Assembly (NCBI GenBank): GCA_963745035.1
Contig: CAVUVW010000021.1
Span: 32,001 to 96,000 of the forward strand
DNA from: an uncultured delta proteobacterium
Lineage (GTDB): Bacteria; Desulfobacterota; Binatia; UBA9968
DNA: 64,000 bases
Reading direction: 5' to 3'
The translations under genes were made by a program, and so were the position numbers. The notes beneath the pieces were generated by a model, which saw only the letters and a list, made by a program, of their open reading frames with translations, was not told the origin of the DNA and searched no databases. Positions 1-11,463 of the stretch are shown here, in pieces. Position 1 is the first letter of the stretch, and every line of letters begins with the position of its first letter.

Positions 1-470
1 ACCAGGTGCGCTTTGTAATAGATGGAGTACTCTTCGCCGTTGCCGGTGACGATTTTGCTTCCCACGTCGGCAAATCCACCGTCGATTCTTTCGGTCAGAT
101 ACACGATCTTCTCGTCGCTATACGACTCGATGATTTCCGCGTAGGCCCGTTCGAGGATTTCCGTAAAGAGCCGCACGAACTCTTCCTGTTCCTGGGGCGT
201 GCGCCGGCGCCAGTTGGCACCGAGAGCGCGCTTGGCCATTTCGGTAAAATCAAAACGGGCAAACAATATCTGGCGTAGTTGGTCGCGCCGCTCTTTGATT
301 CTTGCGGGCGGCTTCAAGCGCGGGTCTTTCAGCACCAACACCGCTTTGTCGACGGTGCCTTTGATCTGGTCAGTCGGCATGCCGGCGCGCGCGCTTCCGG
401 CACAGAGCACAAGCGCGAAGAGCGCGGTAACACATGCTTTCCCAAACAAGTTATTTCCCCGTTGCATCAT
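1..470 (-). CDS. mlaC: Phospholipid-binding periplasmic shuttle MlaC/Ttg2D (runs off the window edge)
   Basis: Manual translation from ATG at 470: MMQRGNNLFGKACVTALFALVLCAGSARAGMPTDQIKGTVDK...FDFTEMAKRALGANWRRRTPQEQEEFVRLF; signal peptide; follows mlaD. Confidence 0.9.
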   Translation of the reverse strand, partial: MMQRGNNLFGKACVTALFALVLCAGSARAGMPTDQIKGTVDKAVLVLKDPRLKPPARIKERRDQLRQILFARFDFTEMAKRALGANWRRRTPQEQEEFVRLFTEILERAYAEIIESYSDEKIVYLTERIDGGFADVGSKIVTGNGEEYSIYYKAHL

Positions 471-933
471 CTTTCTTCTCGCCCTTCGATGTCAGATCGC
501 CGCCGACGATTTTGCCGATGAGGTCGGGAATATCCGGCGGCGACTCGGTCTCCCGGATTTTACCGCCCGGCGGAATAATTTTCTCCGACGCGCCCGGCGT
601 GAGCAAAACGAACTTGTCGCCGATCAGGCCGCGTGCGCGCACCGATGCGATCACGTCTTCCTGCAGTTTTACTTCTTCGTTGAGGCGCAGCCGCAACCGG
701 GCGCGCTCATCGTCAGAGAGGCCAAGAGAATCCACCCGCCCCACCCTGACTCCGGCGATTTCCACCGGGTCGCCGACCTTGAGACCAGCCACCGAGGGAA
801 AATCAGCGGTGACAGTATAGCCGCTCGCGCCGAAAATTTCGAGCTTTCCGAGCTTGATGGCGAGATAGCCCAGGCATGCAATGCCGACGAGCACGAAAAG
901 ACCGACGATGATTTCTGTGCGTGTATGGTTCAC
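451..933 (-). CDS. mlaD: MCE-domain protein MlaD
   Basis: N-terminal TM, GLKVGDPVEIAGVRVGRV, GLIGDKFV. Confidence 0.95.
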   Translation of the reverse strand: MNHTRTEIIVGLFVLVGIACLGYLAIKLGKLEIFGASGYTVTADFPSVAGLKVGDPVEIAGVRVGRVDSLGLSDDERARLRLRLNEEVKLQEDVIASVRARGLIGDKFVLLTPGASEKIIPPGGKIRETESPPDIPDLIGKIVGGDLTSKGEKKDDATGK

Positions 934-944
934 TGCGCGATCTC

Positions 945-1691
945 CTATAAAACCGGGATGGGGCCTTCGGTCTCTGCTTGCAAGAATTGCCTGACCACGG
1001 GATTTTTCGACGCGATGAATTCCTCAGTGGTACCGATCTCGGTGATCGTCCCGTCGACCAGCATGGCGATGCGATCGGAGATCTTGAAAACTTCCGGAAT
1101 GTCGTGGCTGACGATCACGCCGGTAAACTGAAAGGCCGCGTGCATCTTGCGGATCAGCTGATGAATGCTTTTTCCAAGCAGCGGGTCGAGGCCGGTGGTC
1201 GGCTCGTCGAAGAGCATAATCTCGGGCTGGGTCACCAGCGCGCGGGCGAGGCCGGCGCGCTTTTTCATGCCGCCGCTGACTTCGGCCGGAAACTTGTAGC
1301 CCATACCATCCAGCCCGACCTGGGCCAGACTGTCCCGGACTTTTTTTTCGATCTCCGGTTCCTTGAGCCTGGTTTTTTCGCGCAGCGGGAAGGCGACGTT
1401 GTCGTAGACGGTCATCGAATCGAGCAGCGCGGCGCCCTGGAAAAGCACGCCGAACTTCCGGCGCACTTCGTTGAGCGCGCTTTGATTGAGCTTGGTAATG
1501 TCCTGGTCGTCGACGAAGACGCCGCCGCGGTCGGGCAGCAACAACGCGTTCAGGTGCTTGAGCAAAACCGTTTTGCCCGAGCCGCTGCCGCCGATGATCG
1601 TGGTGATCTTGCCGGCTTCGAGCTCGAGGTTGACGCCTTTGAGCACATGCTGGCGGCCGAAGGTCTTGTGCAAATCGACGACGCGAATCAT
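945..1691 (-). CDS. mlaF: ABC ATPase MlaF
   Basis: Walker A GGSGSGKT, SGGMKKRAGLARA, DEPTTGLDP; operon context. Confidence 0.95.
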   Translation of the reverse strand: MIRVVDLHKTFGRQHVLKGVNLELEAGKITTIIGGSGSGKTVLLKHLNALLLPDRGGVFVDDQDITKLNQSALNEVRRKFGVLFQGAALLDSMTVYDNVAFPLREKTRLKEPEIEKKVRDSLAQVGLDGMGYKFPAEVSGGMKKRAGLARALVTQPEIMLFDEPTTGLDPLLGKSIHQLIRKMHAAFQFTGVIVSHDIPEVFKISDRIAMLVDGTITEIGTTEEFIASKNPVVRQFLQAETEGPIPVL

Positions 1692-1695
1692 GATT

Positions 1696-2466
1696 CTAGA
1701 GCATGACCGACGTCATGAAATAATTCCAAACCAGAATCATGACGAAGCACAGCACGACCGATTCGGTGGTCGCCTGGCCCACGCCGGTGGCCATCGGCGG
1801 AGCGTGAAACCCCTTGTAGCAGCAGATCCAGGTGATGATCAGGCCGAAGCTCACGGATTTCAAAAAGCCGCTGAGGACGTCCTTGAAGACGACGCTCAAC
1901 TCCATGCCGGAGAAGTAGCTGCCGGAGCTCACGCCGAGGAGATGGACGCCGACGACAAAAGCGCCGTAGATCGCCACCACGTCGAAAATCGCCGTGAGCA
2001 GCGGCATCGAGATCAGGCCGGCGATGATCCGCGGCGTGACCAAATATTGGATCGGATTGATCGCCATCGAATAGAGCGCGTCGATCTGCTCGGAGACTTT
2101 CATGCTGGCGAGCTCCGCGGCCATGGCCGAGCCGGTCCGGCCGGTGACCATGAACGCCGACAGCACCGGGCCGAGCTCGCGCAAGATACCCAGCGCCACG
2201 GCGGAGCCGAGAAAATTTTCCGCATTGAATTTTCTGAGACTGTAGTAGCCTTGCAGCCCCATCACCATGCCGGTAAATACGCCGGAAAGAATCACCACCG
2301 ACAGCGATTCGACGCCGATGCCGCGGATATGGTGCACGATCAAGCGCAGCCGCGCCGGCGGGCGAAACGCCCAGGCGAACGCCGAGAGCAGAAATAGAAA
2401 GGTCCGCCCCATGTCGGCCGTATTCTGGATCGTGAAACGGCCGAGCCGCCCGATGAAAGAAGGCAT
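1696..2466 (-). CDS. mlaE: ABC permease MlaE
   Basis: RELGPVLSA, GRTGSAMAAELASMKVSEQIDAL, GVGQATTESVV. Confidence 0.95.
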   Translation of the reverse strand: MPSFIGRLGRFTIQNTADMGRTFLFLLSAFAWAFRPPARLRLIVHHIRGIGVESLSVVILSGVFTGMVMGLQGYYSLRKFNAENFLGSAVALGILRELGPVLSAFMVTGRTGSAMAAELASMKVSEQIDALYSMAINPIQYLVTPRIIAGLISMPLLTAIFDVVAIYGAFVVGVHLLGVSSGSYFSGMELSVVFKDVLSGFLKSVSFGLIITWICCYKGFHAPPMATGVGQATTESVVLCFVMILVWNYFMTSVML

Positions 2467-2517
2467 ATATTGTCTTGGGGGAAATTTGTGTTACTAGTCC
2501 CAGGCTAATACCGAATC

Positions 2518-3339
2518 ATGGGCGCTTTTTCAAGAATCTCGGGACGCGCGGCAGCGCGGGATCGGCGCTGGAACACATCCGCGCGCACGCGGCAGTTTGT
2601 CGAGACGCTGCCCGGCGAGACTCTCGACGCGCTGTTCGACGGGCGCTTGGCTCTGGCGCAGAGCCGCGCGGGTTATCGATTTTCTATCGACGCACTCCTG
2701 CTCGCGCATTTCGTTTCGGTGCAACGAACGGACAAGATCGTCGATCTCGGCTGCGGCAACGGCGTCGTCGCCCTCGCGCTCGCCAGCCTGCACTCGTCGG
2801 CGACGATCACCGGCGTCGAGCTGCAGGCGGCGATGGTCGAACGCGCGCGGCGCAACGCGCGCTTGAATGATCTCGCCGGCCGCGTTCAGATCGTGCACGG
2901 CGACGCGCGCCGCGCCAATCCGCCGCCCGGCGCGGGCGGCTTCGACGTCGCGATATGCAATCCGCCTTACCGGGGCGCGGGCAGCGGGCGGATCAGCGCC
3001 GGCGACGAGCGGCGGATCGCGCGCCACGAGCTCAACGGCGACCTCGGCGATTTTGTCGGCGCGGCGGCGCGGTTGTTGAGAAACAAAGGCCGCGCCGCTC
3101 TGGTCCATCTGGCGCTGCGCTGCGCCGACGTGCTGGTGGCGCTGCGACGGGCCGGCGTCGAGCCCAAGCGGCTGCGCATGGTGCATTCCTTTGAAGACGC
3201 CGAAGCTTCCTTGCTGCTGGTCGAAGGCGTGAAGGGCGGCAGAGCGGGCATGAAAGTGCACAGGCCGTTGATCCTGTATCGCCCCGACAGGAGCTACAGC
3301 GACGAAGCGGCGGCGATGATCGCGGGCAAGCGCGGGTGA
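2518..3339 (+). CDS. tRNA1(Val) A37 N6-methyltransferase-like (YfiC/TrmN6 family); start uncertain
   Basis: GYRFSIDALLLA, DLGCGNG, CNPPY, IARHE. Confidence 0.85.
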   Translation: MGAFSRISGRAAARDRRWNTSARTRQFVETLPGETLDALFDGRLALAQSRAGYRFSIDALLLAHFVSVQRTDKIVDLGCGNGVVALALASLHSSATITGVELQAAMVERARRNARLNDLAGRVQIVHGDARRANPPPGAGGFDVAICNPPYRGAGSGRISAGDERRIARHELNGDLGDFVGAAARLLRNKGRAALVHLALRCADVLVALRRAGVEPKRLRMVHSFEDAEASLLLVEGVKGGRAGMKVHRPLILYRPDRSYSDEAAAMIAGKRG

Positions 3340-3355
3340 TTGCGGCTCGCGGCGG

Positions 3356-3832
3356 TCAGCGGTCGATGGGATGTTTCGGCCTTCGGCGCGAATAACTTTT
3401 CAGCAGCTTGCGAAACGCCTCGCGAATCTCCGGATCGGCGATCGACTGCAAAAAATCCTCGTTCACCGTTGCTGCGATATTCTCCGCGGGGTCGTGCGGC
3501 GCCGTTTCGGTCTCCGCGCTCGGCTCGATGCGCCCGACCATGAAAAAAATATTTTTGACGGTCTCGCCTCGGAGGCGGTGATTGAGCTTTCCCGCGATCA
3601 TGTCTTTCATGAATTGCAGTTGCTGCATCCACACCGGGCTGGAAACTTTTACGAAAAGGGTGCCGTTGCGGATCTTTTCGGGCTGAGCGTTGCGGGCGAT
3701 CACCTGGCCGACGACATCGTTCCAGATCGGCCAAACTGCGTAATCGTTCAGGCGCGCGGCGAGATCCAGGCGCTTGAGCGACTGCTCCAACACCGCGCCG
3801 AGGCTTTCCGTTGAAAGGGTCTTTTTAGCCAT
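3356..3832 (-). CDS. dciA: DUF721/DciA helicase-loader family protein
   Basis: WNDVVGQVIARNAQP...GTLFVKVSSPVWMQQL pattern. Confidence 0.8.
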   Translation of the reverse strand: MAKKTLSTESLGAVLEQSLKRLDLAARLNDYAVWPIWNDVVGQVIARNAQPEKIRNGTLFVKVSSPVWMQQLQFMKDMIAGKLNHRLRGETVKNIFFMVGRIEPSAETETAPHDPAENIAATVNEDFLQSIADPEIREAFRKLLKSYSRRRPKHPIDR

Positions 3833-3963
3833 TTTGTCCGCGTGAAGACGTTACCAGATACGAAACTTGGACTCCAGGCTGTTTTTCGTGCCGGCCCGCG
3901 CGCGTGCTGAATTCTTCAAAAGCGGCGAAAAGTCACAACAAATTCTCGGCGAAAAAATTATCA

Positions 3964-4039
3964 TTGACAAACCGGATGTAAGTTTTTAAAAGTACAAAAT
4001 CTAGTGCATTTCTGATTCCGACCACACCATATATTGGGA
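3964..4039 (+). promoter_or_regulatory. nrdJ promoter: TTGACA -35 and two tandem NrdR boxes
   Basis: TTGACA 3964-3969; GTACAAAATCTAGTGC 3992-4007 and ACACCATATATTGGGA 4024-4039 match acaCwAtATaTwGtgt, 32 bp apart. Confidence 0.85.
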
Positions 4040-4067
4040 ATTTCATAAAGGGGAAGGAGTAAAGACG

Positions 4068-6833
4068 ATGGCTACAGGTACCTCTCAGGCGGCCGATTTT
4101 GGCGCTTCTCAAGGGGCTTCGACCAAGGCAAAAACCGGGCTCAAAATCACGCGTTATTTCAGCCGCGCCGGGGTGAGCCCCTACGACGAGGTCGATTGGG
4201 AGCTGCGCCATGCCGCGATCGCCAACGAGAAGGGCAAGGTCGTCTTCGAGCAAAACAACGTCGAGATCCCCAAAGCGTGGTCCTTGATGGCTACCCAAGT
4301 AGTGGTGTCCAAGTACTTCCGCGGCCCGCTCGGCACGCCGCAGCGCGAGCACAGCGTGCGCCAGATGATCGGACGGGTGGTCGATACGATCACCGGCTGG
4401 GGCCGCAAGGACGGCTATTTCGCCGGCGCCGACGACGCCCAAGCTTTTTCCGACGAGTTGACCCACATTTTGCTCCACCAGAAAGCCTGTTTTAACAGCC
4501 CGGTCTGGTTCAACTGCGGCATCGAGGAAAAGCCCCAGTGCTCGGCCTGCTTTATCCTGTCGGTGGAAGACACCATGGATTCGATCCTCGACTGGTATCG
4601 CAAGGAAGGTGTGATCTTCAAAGGCGGTTCGGGCTCCGGCGTCAATCTTTCCAAGATCCGCTCCTCCAAGGAGCAGTTGGCCGGCGGCGGCACGGCGTCG
4701 GGACCGGTCTCCTTCATGAAAGCCGCGGACGCTTCGGCGGGGGTGATCAAGTCCGGCGGCAAGACCCGGCGCGCTGCCAAGATGGTGGTTCTGGATATCG
4801 ATCATCCCGACATCGAAGAGTTCATCAAGTGCAAGGTGGAAGAAGAAAAGAAGGCTTGGGCGCTGATCGAAGCGGGCTACGATTCGAGCCTCGACGGCCC
4901 GGCCTACGGCAGCGTGTTTTTCCAGAACGCGAATAACTCGGTGCGCGTGACCGACGACTTCATGCGCGCGGTTCAAGAGGACCGCGAGTGGCAAACCAAA
5001 TACATCCGCAACGGCGAGCCCTGCGAAACCTTCAAGGCGCGCGAGCTTTTACGCATGATCGGCGAGAGCACGTATTTCTGCGGCGACCCCGGCATGCAGT
5101 ACGACACCACGATCAACGACTGGCACACCTGCTCGAACACGGCGCGCATCAACGCGTCCAATCCATGCTCGGAATACATGCATCTGGACAACTCGGCGTG
5201 CAATCTGGCGTCGCTCAATCTGCTCAAGTTTCTGCGCGACGACGGCGTGTTCGACACCGAGGCGTTTCGCCGGGCGGTCGATATCGTAATCTTGGCGCAG
5301 GATATCCTGATCGATAATTCCTCGTATCCGACGGCCGAGATTGCCGCCAACGCGCACGCGTTTCGCGAGCTCGGCATGGGCTACGCCAATCTCGGCGCGC
5401 TGCTGATGTCGCTTGGTCTGCCGTACGATTCGGATGCGGGCCGGGCTTATGCCGCGGCGGTGACGGCGTTGATGTCGGGGCAGGGCTATCTGCAATCGAG
5501 TCGCAATGCCGCCGCCACGGGCGCTTTTGAAGGCTACGAGGTGAACCGCCAGCCGATGCTGCGGGTGCTGAACAAGCACCGCTCCCACGCCTACAAGATC
5601 TCGCCGTCGCACGTGCCGCTCGATCTGCTCACCGCAGCGCGCGAAGCGTGGGATCTCGCCTGCGCCGAGGCCGAGCAAAACGGCGTGAAAAACTCGCAGA
5701 TTTCCGTGCTGGCGCCGACCGGCACCATCGCTTTCATGATGGACTGCGACACTACCGGGGTGGAGCCCGACATCGCGTTGATCAAATATAAGAAGCTTGT
5801 CGGCGGCGGCATGTTGAAGATCATTAACACTACGGTGCCCCGCGCCCTGAAGCGCTTGGGTTACGACGTCAAGCAGAGCCAGGAAATCGTCGAGTACATC
5901 GAAGAACACGACACCATCGAAGGGGCGCCACATCTCAAAGATGAGGATCTGGCAGTGTTCGATTGCGCTTTTAAAGCGGAAAAGGGCAGCCGCACTATTC
6001 ACTATATGGGGCATGTGAAGATGATGGGAGCTGTGCAGCCGTTTATCTCCGGCGCGATTTCCAAGACCATCAACATGCCCAATGACGCAACGATAGAAGA
6101 TGTCATGCATGCGTATATGGAGTCGTGGAAGCTTGGACTTAAGGCCATCGCGATCTATCGCGACGGCTCCAAGCGCACCCAGCCGCTTAACACTGCCAAG
6201 GACAAGGAAGAAGTGAAAGCAGCCGCGGCGGAGAACAAGGAAGCTCGGCCGCTTCGGCGTCGGCTTTCTGACGAACGACCCTCGATCACCCACAAGTTCG
6301 ACATCGCAGGCCACGAGGGCTATATCACGGTCGGAAAATATGAAGACGGCCAGCCGGGAGAGATTTTCATTAGAATGTCGAAGGAGGGCTCGACGATCTC
6401 AGGTTTGATGGATTCCTTCGCCACCGCAGTATCCATGTCGCTTCAATACGGCGTGCCGCTCCGGGTTTTGGTCGACAAATTCAGCCATATGCGTTTCGAA
6501 CCATCGGGGTTTACGAAGAATCCCGATGTCCCGCATGCGAAGTCTATCATGGACTACATCTTCCGCTGGCTCGCTAGTAAGTTTCTTGATGCCGCCGCGC
6601 AGCAAGAAGTAGGTATCGTCAGGCCGGAAGGCGACGAAGACATGCAGCCAAAGAAAATGGTCTCCATTGCTACGCACGCGCCGCGCGGCGGCGCGCCCGT
6701 GGCGACTATCAGCAGCGTGACGAGTCTCTACCAGCAGGATGCGCCGCCCTGTCCGGACTGCGGCGCGATCATGATCCGCAGCGGCGCCTGCTACAAATGC
6801 ATGAACTGCGGCGCGGTGAGCGGCTGCTCCTGA
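4068..6833 (+). CDS. nrdJ: Class II (B12-dependent) ribonucleotide reductase with TSCPD-like domain and C-terminal Zn ribbon
   Basis: FNSPVWFN, QCSACFI, SNPCSEY, APTGTI, SGAISKTIN, CPDC...CMNC. Confidence 0.97.
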   Translation: MATGTSQAADFGASQGASTKAKTGLKITRYFSRAGVSPYDEVDWELRHAAIANEKGKVVFEQNNVEIPKAWSLMATQVVVSKYFRGPLGTPQREHSVRQMIGRVVDTITGWGRKDGYFAGADDAQAFSDELTHILLHQKACFNSPVWFNCGIEEKPQCSACFILSVEDTMDSILDWYRKEGVIFKGGSGSGVNLSKIRSSKEQLAGGGTASGPVSFMKAADASAGVIKSGGKTRRAAKMVVLDIDHPDIEEFIKCKVEEEKKAWALIEAGYDSSLDGPAYGSVFFQNANNSVRVTDDFMRAVQEDREWQTKYIRNGEPCETFKARELLRMIGESTYFCGDPGMQYDTTINDWHTCSNTARINASNPCSEYMHLDNSACNLASLNLLKFLRDDGVFDTEAFRRAVDIVILAQDILIDNSSYPTAEIAANAHAFRELGMGYANLGALLMSLGLPYDSDAGRAYAAAVTALMSGQGYLQSSRNAAATGAFEGYEVNRQPMLRVLNKHRSHAYKISPSHVPLDLLTAAREAWDLACAEAEQNGVKNSQISVLAPTGTIAFMMDCDTTGVEPDIALIKYKKLVGGGMLKIINTTVPRALKRLGYDVKQSQEIVEYIEEHDTIEGAPHLKDEDLAVFDCAFKAEKGSRTIHYMGHVKMMGAVQPFISGAISKTINMPNDATIEDVMHAYMESWKLGLKAIAIYRDGSKRTQPLNTAKDKEEVKAAAAENKEARPLRRRLSDERPSITHKFDIAGHEGYITVGKYEDGQPGEIFIRMSKEGSTISGLMDSFATAVSMSLQYGVPLRVLVDKFSHMRFEPSGFTKNPDVPHAKSIMDYIFRWLASKFLDAAAQQEVGIVRPEGDEDMQPKKMVSIATHAPRGGAPVATISSVTSLYQQDAPPCPDCGAIMIRSGACYKCMNCGAVSGCS

Positions 6834-6862
6834 GGCGATGCGGCGGGGCTGGGTTGCAAAAG

Positions 6863-6897
6863 CAAAGGACCGGCAAAGAATTTTTGCCGGTCCTTTG
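6863..6897. terminator. Hairpin between convergent genes, probable bidirectional terminator
   Basis: CAAAGGACCGGCAAA / TTTGCCGGTCCTTTG perfect 15-bp stem. Confidence 0.8.
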
Positions 6898-6922
6898 TTG
6901 TGACGCAAGGACGAGCGCGGGC

Positions 6923-7528
6923 TTATTTTTTTTCCAGATGGAGCATGCCCTTTTGGGTGTCGAAGTCCATGCGGAAATGGCTCAAAAAATTGAGGCCGAG
7001 CAGGCCGGCGACTTGAGGGTCGGGAACGGTGTCGTGAACCGCGGTAGGCAGATCGCGAATTTCCATGCCGCCGACCGCAATGGATTCCAGACTGGTTATC
7101 GGCGCGTTGATCACGCCGTTGGCGGTTTGAAAGGGCAAGGTTCTGCTGTTCGGCCCGACATCGATGGCTAGCTCGCGGGCGAGCGCATTGGAGATCAACG
7201 TGTAACTGGCGCCGGTGTCGACGACAAACTTCGCCGAGCGCTTGTTGTTCAAAGTTGCCTGGATGATCACCACCTCGCCGTGCTTTTCGATCGGAATCGA
7301 AGCTTTGCGCGGCGGCGCCTTAATCGGTGGCTCGGCGGCGCGCGGGCTCTCCGGCGCGACGACGCGGTTTACTCGTTCCCGGTGCCTGGGCGGCACGTTG
7401 TGAAAGTTATCGGTGATATGGGTGACGCCGTTTTCGTCCACCCAGCGATAATACTGCGCCCCCTGGGTGGGCAACGCGAGAAAGCAGAACAGCAAAAAGA
7501 GTGGAAAAGCCGCGGCGCTGCGCTTCAT
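6923..7528 (-). CDS. Secreted retropepsin-like (clan AA) aspartyl protease with N-terminal DUF4124
   Basis: Signal peptide MKRSAAAF..., [31 protein letters not shown]. Confidence 0.88.
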   Translation of the reverse strand: MKRSAAAFPLFLLFCFLALPTQGAQYYRWVDENGVTHITDNFHNVPPRHRERVNRVVAPESPRAAEPPIKAPPRKASIPIEKHGEVVIIQATLNNKRSAKFVVDTGASYTLISNALARELAIDVGPNSRTLPFQTANGVINAPITSLESIAVGGMEIRDLPTAVHDTVPDPQVAGLLGLNFLSHFRMDFDTQKGMLHLEKK

Positions 7529-7718
7529 GATGGCAGCTAATTTATCACCTTTGGCGCCGACGGGAAACCAAATATTCACCAGGGAAACTCGATCGCATGG
7601 CGCGTATGTTTGCGAGCGCGGTGATATCGCTCGCGACGGTTCTGCTGCTTTACAAGCATGGATCGGTGTGGTAGAAAACACCTCAACTAAAAGGAAAGAG
7701 AGAGAAAAAAGCGGAGAC

Positions 7719-7988
7719 ATGGGGATTGCTGAACCGCAGAAAAAGCAGATGATCGAGCAGTTCAGGACTCATCCGACGGACACGGGCTCGCCGGAAGTGC
7801 AGGTTGCGCTGCTCAGCCAGCGTATCGAGTATCTTACCGGGCACTTCAAAGTTCACGTCAAGGATCACCACTCACGTCGCGGCCTCCTGAAGCTGGTAGG
7901 ACAGAGAAGAAGGCTTTTAGATTATCTTCGAAGTTCTGATTTCGGGAGGTACCAGAACCTGATCCAGAGGCTTGGAATACGCAAGTAG
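7719..7988 (+). CDS. rpsO: 30S ribosomal protein S15
   Basis: [12 protein letters not shown]...[20 protein letters not shown]; GGAG RBS before ATG 7719. Confidence 0.98.
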   Translation: MGIAEPQKKQMIEQFRTHPTDTGSPEVQVALLSQRIEYLTGHFKVHVKDHHSRRGLLKLVGQRRRLLDYLRSSDFGRYQNLIQRLGIRK

Positions 7989-8057
7989 CCATTCCAAGAC
8001 CGTTGCTCCCCGTTTTCACGCCCCCGTTCGTCACGTCTCCCGCCCGAGGATTGTTCT

Positions 8058-10172
8058 ATGGCTAAAAAAGTTGAATTGGAATTTCACGGCCGACCCTTAT
8101 CCATCGAGGTCGGCCGCATGGCCAAGCAGGCGGACGGCGCCGCGCTTGTCCAATACGGCGAAACCGTCGTGCTGGTTACCGCGGTTGCCGCCAAAGATCT
8201 CAAGCTCGATACCGATTTTTTTCCGCTCACGGTCGATTACCAGGAAAAGACCTTCGCCGCCGGCAAGATTCCCGGCGGTTTTTTTAAGCGCGAGGGCCGG
8301 CCTTCGGAAAAGGAAATTCTCACCTGCCGGCTGATCGACCGCTCGATCCGCCCGTTGTTCTCCGAGGGGCTGCGCTGCGAGACCCAGGTGATCGCGACCG
8401 TACTGTCGGCCGACCGGGAAAACGATCCGGACGTGGTCGCCATGCTCGGAACCTCGGCTGCCTTGCATGTTTCCGACATTCCCTTCAATGGGCCGCTGGC
8501 CGGAGTGCGCATCGGCCGCAACCACGGCGGGTGGGTGATCAATCCGACCCAGAGCCAGCTCGACGAAAGCGACGTCGATATCTTTCTTTCCGGCAGCAGG
8601 GACGCCATTGTCATGGTCGAGGGCGGCGCGCAAATGGTGCCCGAAGACGAGATCCTCGAAGCGTTGTTCGCCGGCCATGAGGCGATCCAGCCGCTGCTCG
8701 ATATGCAAGAGCAACTGCGCCGCGAGCTCGGCAAGCCGAAGCGAGAGGTGCCGCTGGCCAAGCTCGATGCGGCGGTGGTCAGGCGGGTCGAGGAGCTGGC
8801 GCTGGCCAAGCTCAAGCAGGCGCTCGAAGTGCCGGAAAAACTGGAGCGCTACAAACGCATCGCCGAAGTCAAAGGCGAAGTCGTGCCCCAGGCGGTGGGG
8901 GAATTTCCCGAGCGGCAAAAAGATATCAAAGGCGCGTTTGAAGAGCTCAAGCGCAACGTCTTTCGCGGCCTGGTGATTCAGCATGAGCGGCGCATCGACG
9001 GGCGCGGTCTCAAGGACATCCGTCCGATCACCTGCGAAGTCGAAGTACTGCCGCGCACCCACGGCTCGGCGCTGTTTACCCGCGGCGAGACGCAGGCGCT
9101 GGTGGTGACTACTCTGGGCACGACTTCCGATGAGCAGCGCGTCGATGCGCTGATCGGCGAGCATTTCAAAAAATTCATGCTGCACTACAATTTTCCTCCG
9201 TTCAGCGTCGGCGAGGTCAAATTTCTCCGCGGCCCGGGCCGGCGCGAAATCGGCCACGGCAACCTGGCCGAGCGCGCGCTGCTGCCGGTGCTGCCGGCGG
9301 ACGACAGCTTTCCCTACACGATCCGCATCGTCTCGGAGATCCTCGAGTCCAACGGCTCAACGTCGATGGCGAGCGTCTGCGGCGGCTCGCTCTCTTTGAT
9401 GGACGCGGGCGTGCCGGTGGCGGGACCGGTGGCGGGCATCGCCATGGGTTTGATCAAGGAAGGCGAGCACGTGCGCGTGCTGTCGGACATCCTCGGCGAC
9501 GAAGATCATCTCGGCGATATGGACTTCAAAGTCGCCGGCACCTCAGAGGGCGTCACCTCGCTGCAGATGGATATCAAAATCAGCGGCGTCAACCGCGAGA
9601 TCATGGGCCAGGCGCTGCGCCAGGCCAGGGAAGGCCGGCTCCATATCCTCGGCATCATGAACGCGGCCCTGCCGGCGGCGCGCACCAACGTTTCCGGCCA
9701 CGCGCCGCGCATCATTACTTTGAGGGTGAAACCCGACAAGATCCGCGAAATCATCGGCCCGGGCGGCAAAGTGATCCGCGGCATCATCGAAGCCACCGGG
9801 GTCAAAATCGACGTCGAGGACGACGGCACCGTGCGGATCGCGTCGGTGGACGAAGAAGCCGCGAAAAAAGCCATAGAGATGGTGCAACGAATCGCCGCCG
9901 AAGCCGAGATCGGGAAGATCTACAAAGGCACCGTGCGCAAGATCGTCGAATTCGGCGCCTTCGTCGAGATTCTCCCCGGCACCGATGGGCTAGTCCATAT
10001 CTCGCAACTCGCGCCGGGACGCGTCAACAAAGTGACCGATATCCTCAAAGAGGGCGACGAAGTGATGGTCAAAGTTCTGGAAATCGATCGCCAGGGAAAA
10101 ATCCGCTTGAGCCGCAAAGAGGCGCTTCAAGAAACCGGCGGCGGCGCGGCCGTTTCCAACGCCCCGGCCTGA
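8058..10172 (+). CDS. pnp: Polyribonucleotide nucleotidyltransferase
   Basis: [29 protein letters not shown] and S1 domains. Confidence 0.98.
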   Translation: MAKKVELEFHGRPLSIEVGRMAKQADGAALVQYGETVVLVTAVAAKDLKLDTDFFPLTVDYQEKTFAAGKIPGGFFKREGRPSEKEILTCRLIDRSIRPLFSEGLRCETQVIATVLSADRENDPDVVAMLGTSAALHVSDIPFNGPLAGVRIGRNHGGWVINPTQSQLDESDVDIFLSGSRDAIVMVEGGAQMVPEDEILEALFAGHEAIQPLLDMQEQLRRELGKPKREVPLAKLDAAVVRRVEELALAKLKQALEVPEKLERYKRIAEVKGEVVPQAVGEFPERQKDIKGAFEELKRNVFRGLVIQHERRIDGRGLKDIRPITCEVEVLPRTHGSALFTRGETQALVVTTLGTTSDEQRVDALIGEHFKKFMLHYNFPPFSVGEVKFLRGPGRREIGHGNLAERALLPVLPADDSFPYTIRIVSEILESNGSTSMASVCGGSLSLMDAGVPVAGPVAGIAMGLIKEGEHVRVLSDILGDEDHLGDMDFKVAGTSEGVTSLQMDIKISGVNREIMGQALRQAREGRLHILGIMNAALPAARTNVSGHAPRIITLRVKPDKIREIIGPGGKVIRGIIEATGVKIDVEDDGTVRIASVDEEAAKKAIEMVQRIAAEAEIGKIYKGTVRKIVEFGAFVEILPGTDGLVHISQLAPGRVNKVTDILKEGDEVMVKVLEIDRQGKIRLSRKEALQETGGGAAVSNAPA

Positions 10173-10188
10173 TTCCCGAGCTTCGTTC

Positions 10189-11463
10189 ATGTTCGCGAAA
10201 ACCGTCCTCGACAACGGCATCCGCATCGTCACTCACGACATGCCCGACAACCGCTCGGTGAGCCTCGGCATCTGGGTCGAGAACGGCTCGCGCCACGAAA
10301 GCGCCGCCGAAAACGGCATTTCCCACTTCATCGAGCATTTGCTTTTCAAAGGCACCGAGCGCCGCAGCGCGGCGCAGATCGCCGAAGAAATGGACGCCGT
10401 GGGCGGCGTGATCAACGCCTTCACCTCCAAAGAGAACACCTGCTACTACGCCAAGGTGCTCGACGAGAACATGCCGCTCGCCATCGATCTGTTGAGCGAT
10501 ATTTTTCTCCATTCGAGCTTCGACGCCGAGGAGATCGAGCGCGAGCGCTCGGTGATACTTCAAGAGATCTCGCAGGCCGAAGATACGCCCGACGACTACA
10601 TCCACGATCTCTTCAGTCTCGATTTTTTCCAGAATCATCCGATCGCCCGGCCGATCTGCGGCCGGCAGGAGACCGTCAACGGCTTCCAGCGCGCCGACAT
10701 CGTCAGTTTTTTCAAAGCGCGCTACCGCCCGGAGCGGGTGGTCGTCGCCGCGGCCGGCAATCTGCGCCACGAAGTGCTGGTGGAGGAAATGGCCAACCGC
10801 TTGGGGGCCATCGACGGCGGCACGCGCCGGAGCGCGCCGAAGACCGCGGGCGAGAGCGCGCCCGAGATGGCGCGCGGGGTCTATCCCCACATAAAACCGC
10901 TGGAGCAAGTCCATCTCTGTCTGGGCGTGGCCGGCATTCACCAGACCCATCCGCAGCGCTATGTCGGCTACGTGCTCAACACTTTGCTCGGCGGCGGCAT
11001 GAGCTCGCGCTTGTTCCAGGAAATTCGCGAAAAGCGCGGCAAGGCCTATTCGGTCTACTCGTTTTCTTCGTCATATAAGGACGTCGGCTACTTCGGTGTC
11101 TACGCCGGAACCAGCCTCGACTCCACCGAAGAGGTCGTCGACTTGATCGCCAAGGAGCTCAAGAAGCTTGCCGCCGGCGAGATCGCCGAAGCGGAGCTCA
11201 ACCGCACTCAGGGGCAGCTGGTCGGCAGCACGATGCTCGGCTTGGAGTCGAGCGATTCCTGGATGAGCCATATCGCGCGCGACGAGATCTATTTCGGCCA
11301 AGCGATCACCACCGAGGAGATCTGCCGGCGCATTCGCGCGGTGAGCCGCGACGACGTGATCGCGCTCGCCGGCACGCTGTTTCACGGCGCCGGCGCGACG
11401 CTTACCTTGCTGGGCGATTTCGCCGACGGTTTTCAAATCAAAAATCTCGACATGAGTCATTGA
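10189..11463 (+). CDS. M16B zinc peptidase
   Basis: HFIEH inverted Zn motif, [20 protein letters not shown]. Confidence 0.93.
   Translation: MFAKTVLDNGIRIVTHDMPDNRSVSLGIWVENGSRHESAAENGISHFIEHLLFKGTERRSAAQIAEEMDAVGGVINAFTSKENTCYYAKVLDENMPLAIDLLSDIFLHSSFDAEEIERERSVILQEISQAEDTPDDYIHDLFSLDFFQNHPIARPICGRQETVNGFQRADIVSFFKARYRPERVVVAAAGNLRHEVLVEEMANRLGAIDGGTRRSAPKTAGESAPEMARGVYPHIKPLEQVHLCLGVAGIHQTHPQRYVGYVLNTLLGGGMSSRLFQEIREKRGKAYSVYSFSSSYKDVGYFGVYAGTSLDSTEEVVDLIAKELKKLAAGEIAEAELNRTQGQLVGSTMLGLESSDSWMSHIARDEIYFGQAITTEEICRRIRAVSRDDVIALAGTLFHGAGATLTLLGDFADGFQIKNLDMSH

Noticed and set aside
199-1131. Long antisense and alternate-frame ORFs here and throughout (e.g. 3933-4994, 14115-15641, 16649-17842)
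   Set aside because: Shadow ORFs of high-GC genes with no family motifs.
4068-6833. Intein or intron in nrdJ
   Set aside because: Length is ordinary for the class, motifs are contiguous and no splice-junction motifs are visible.
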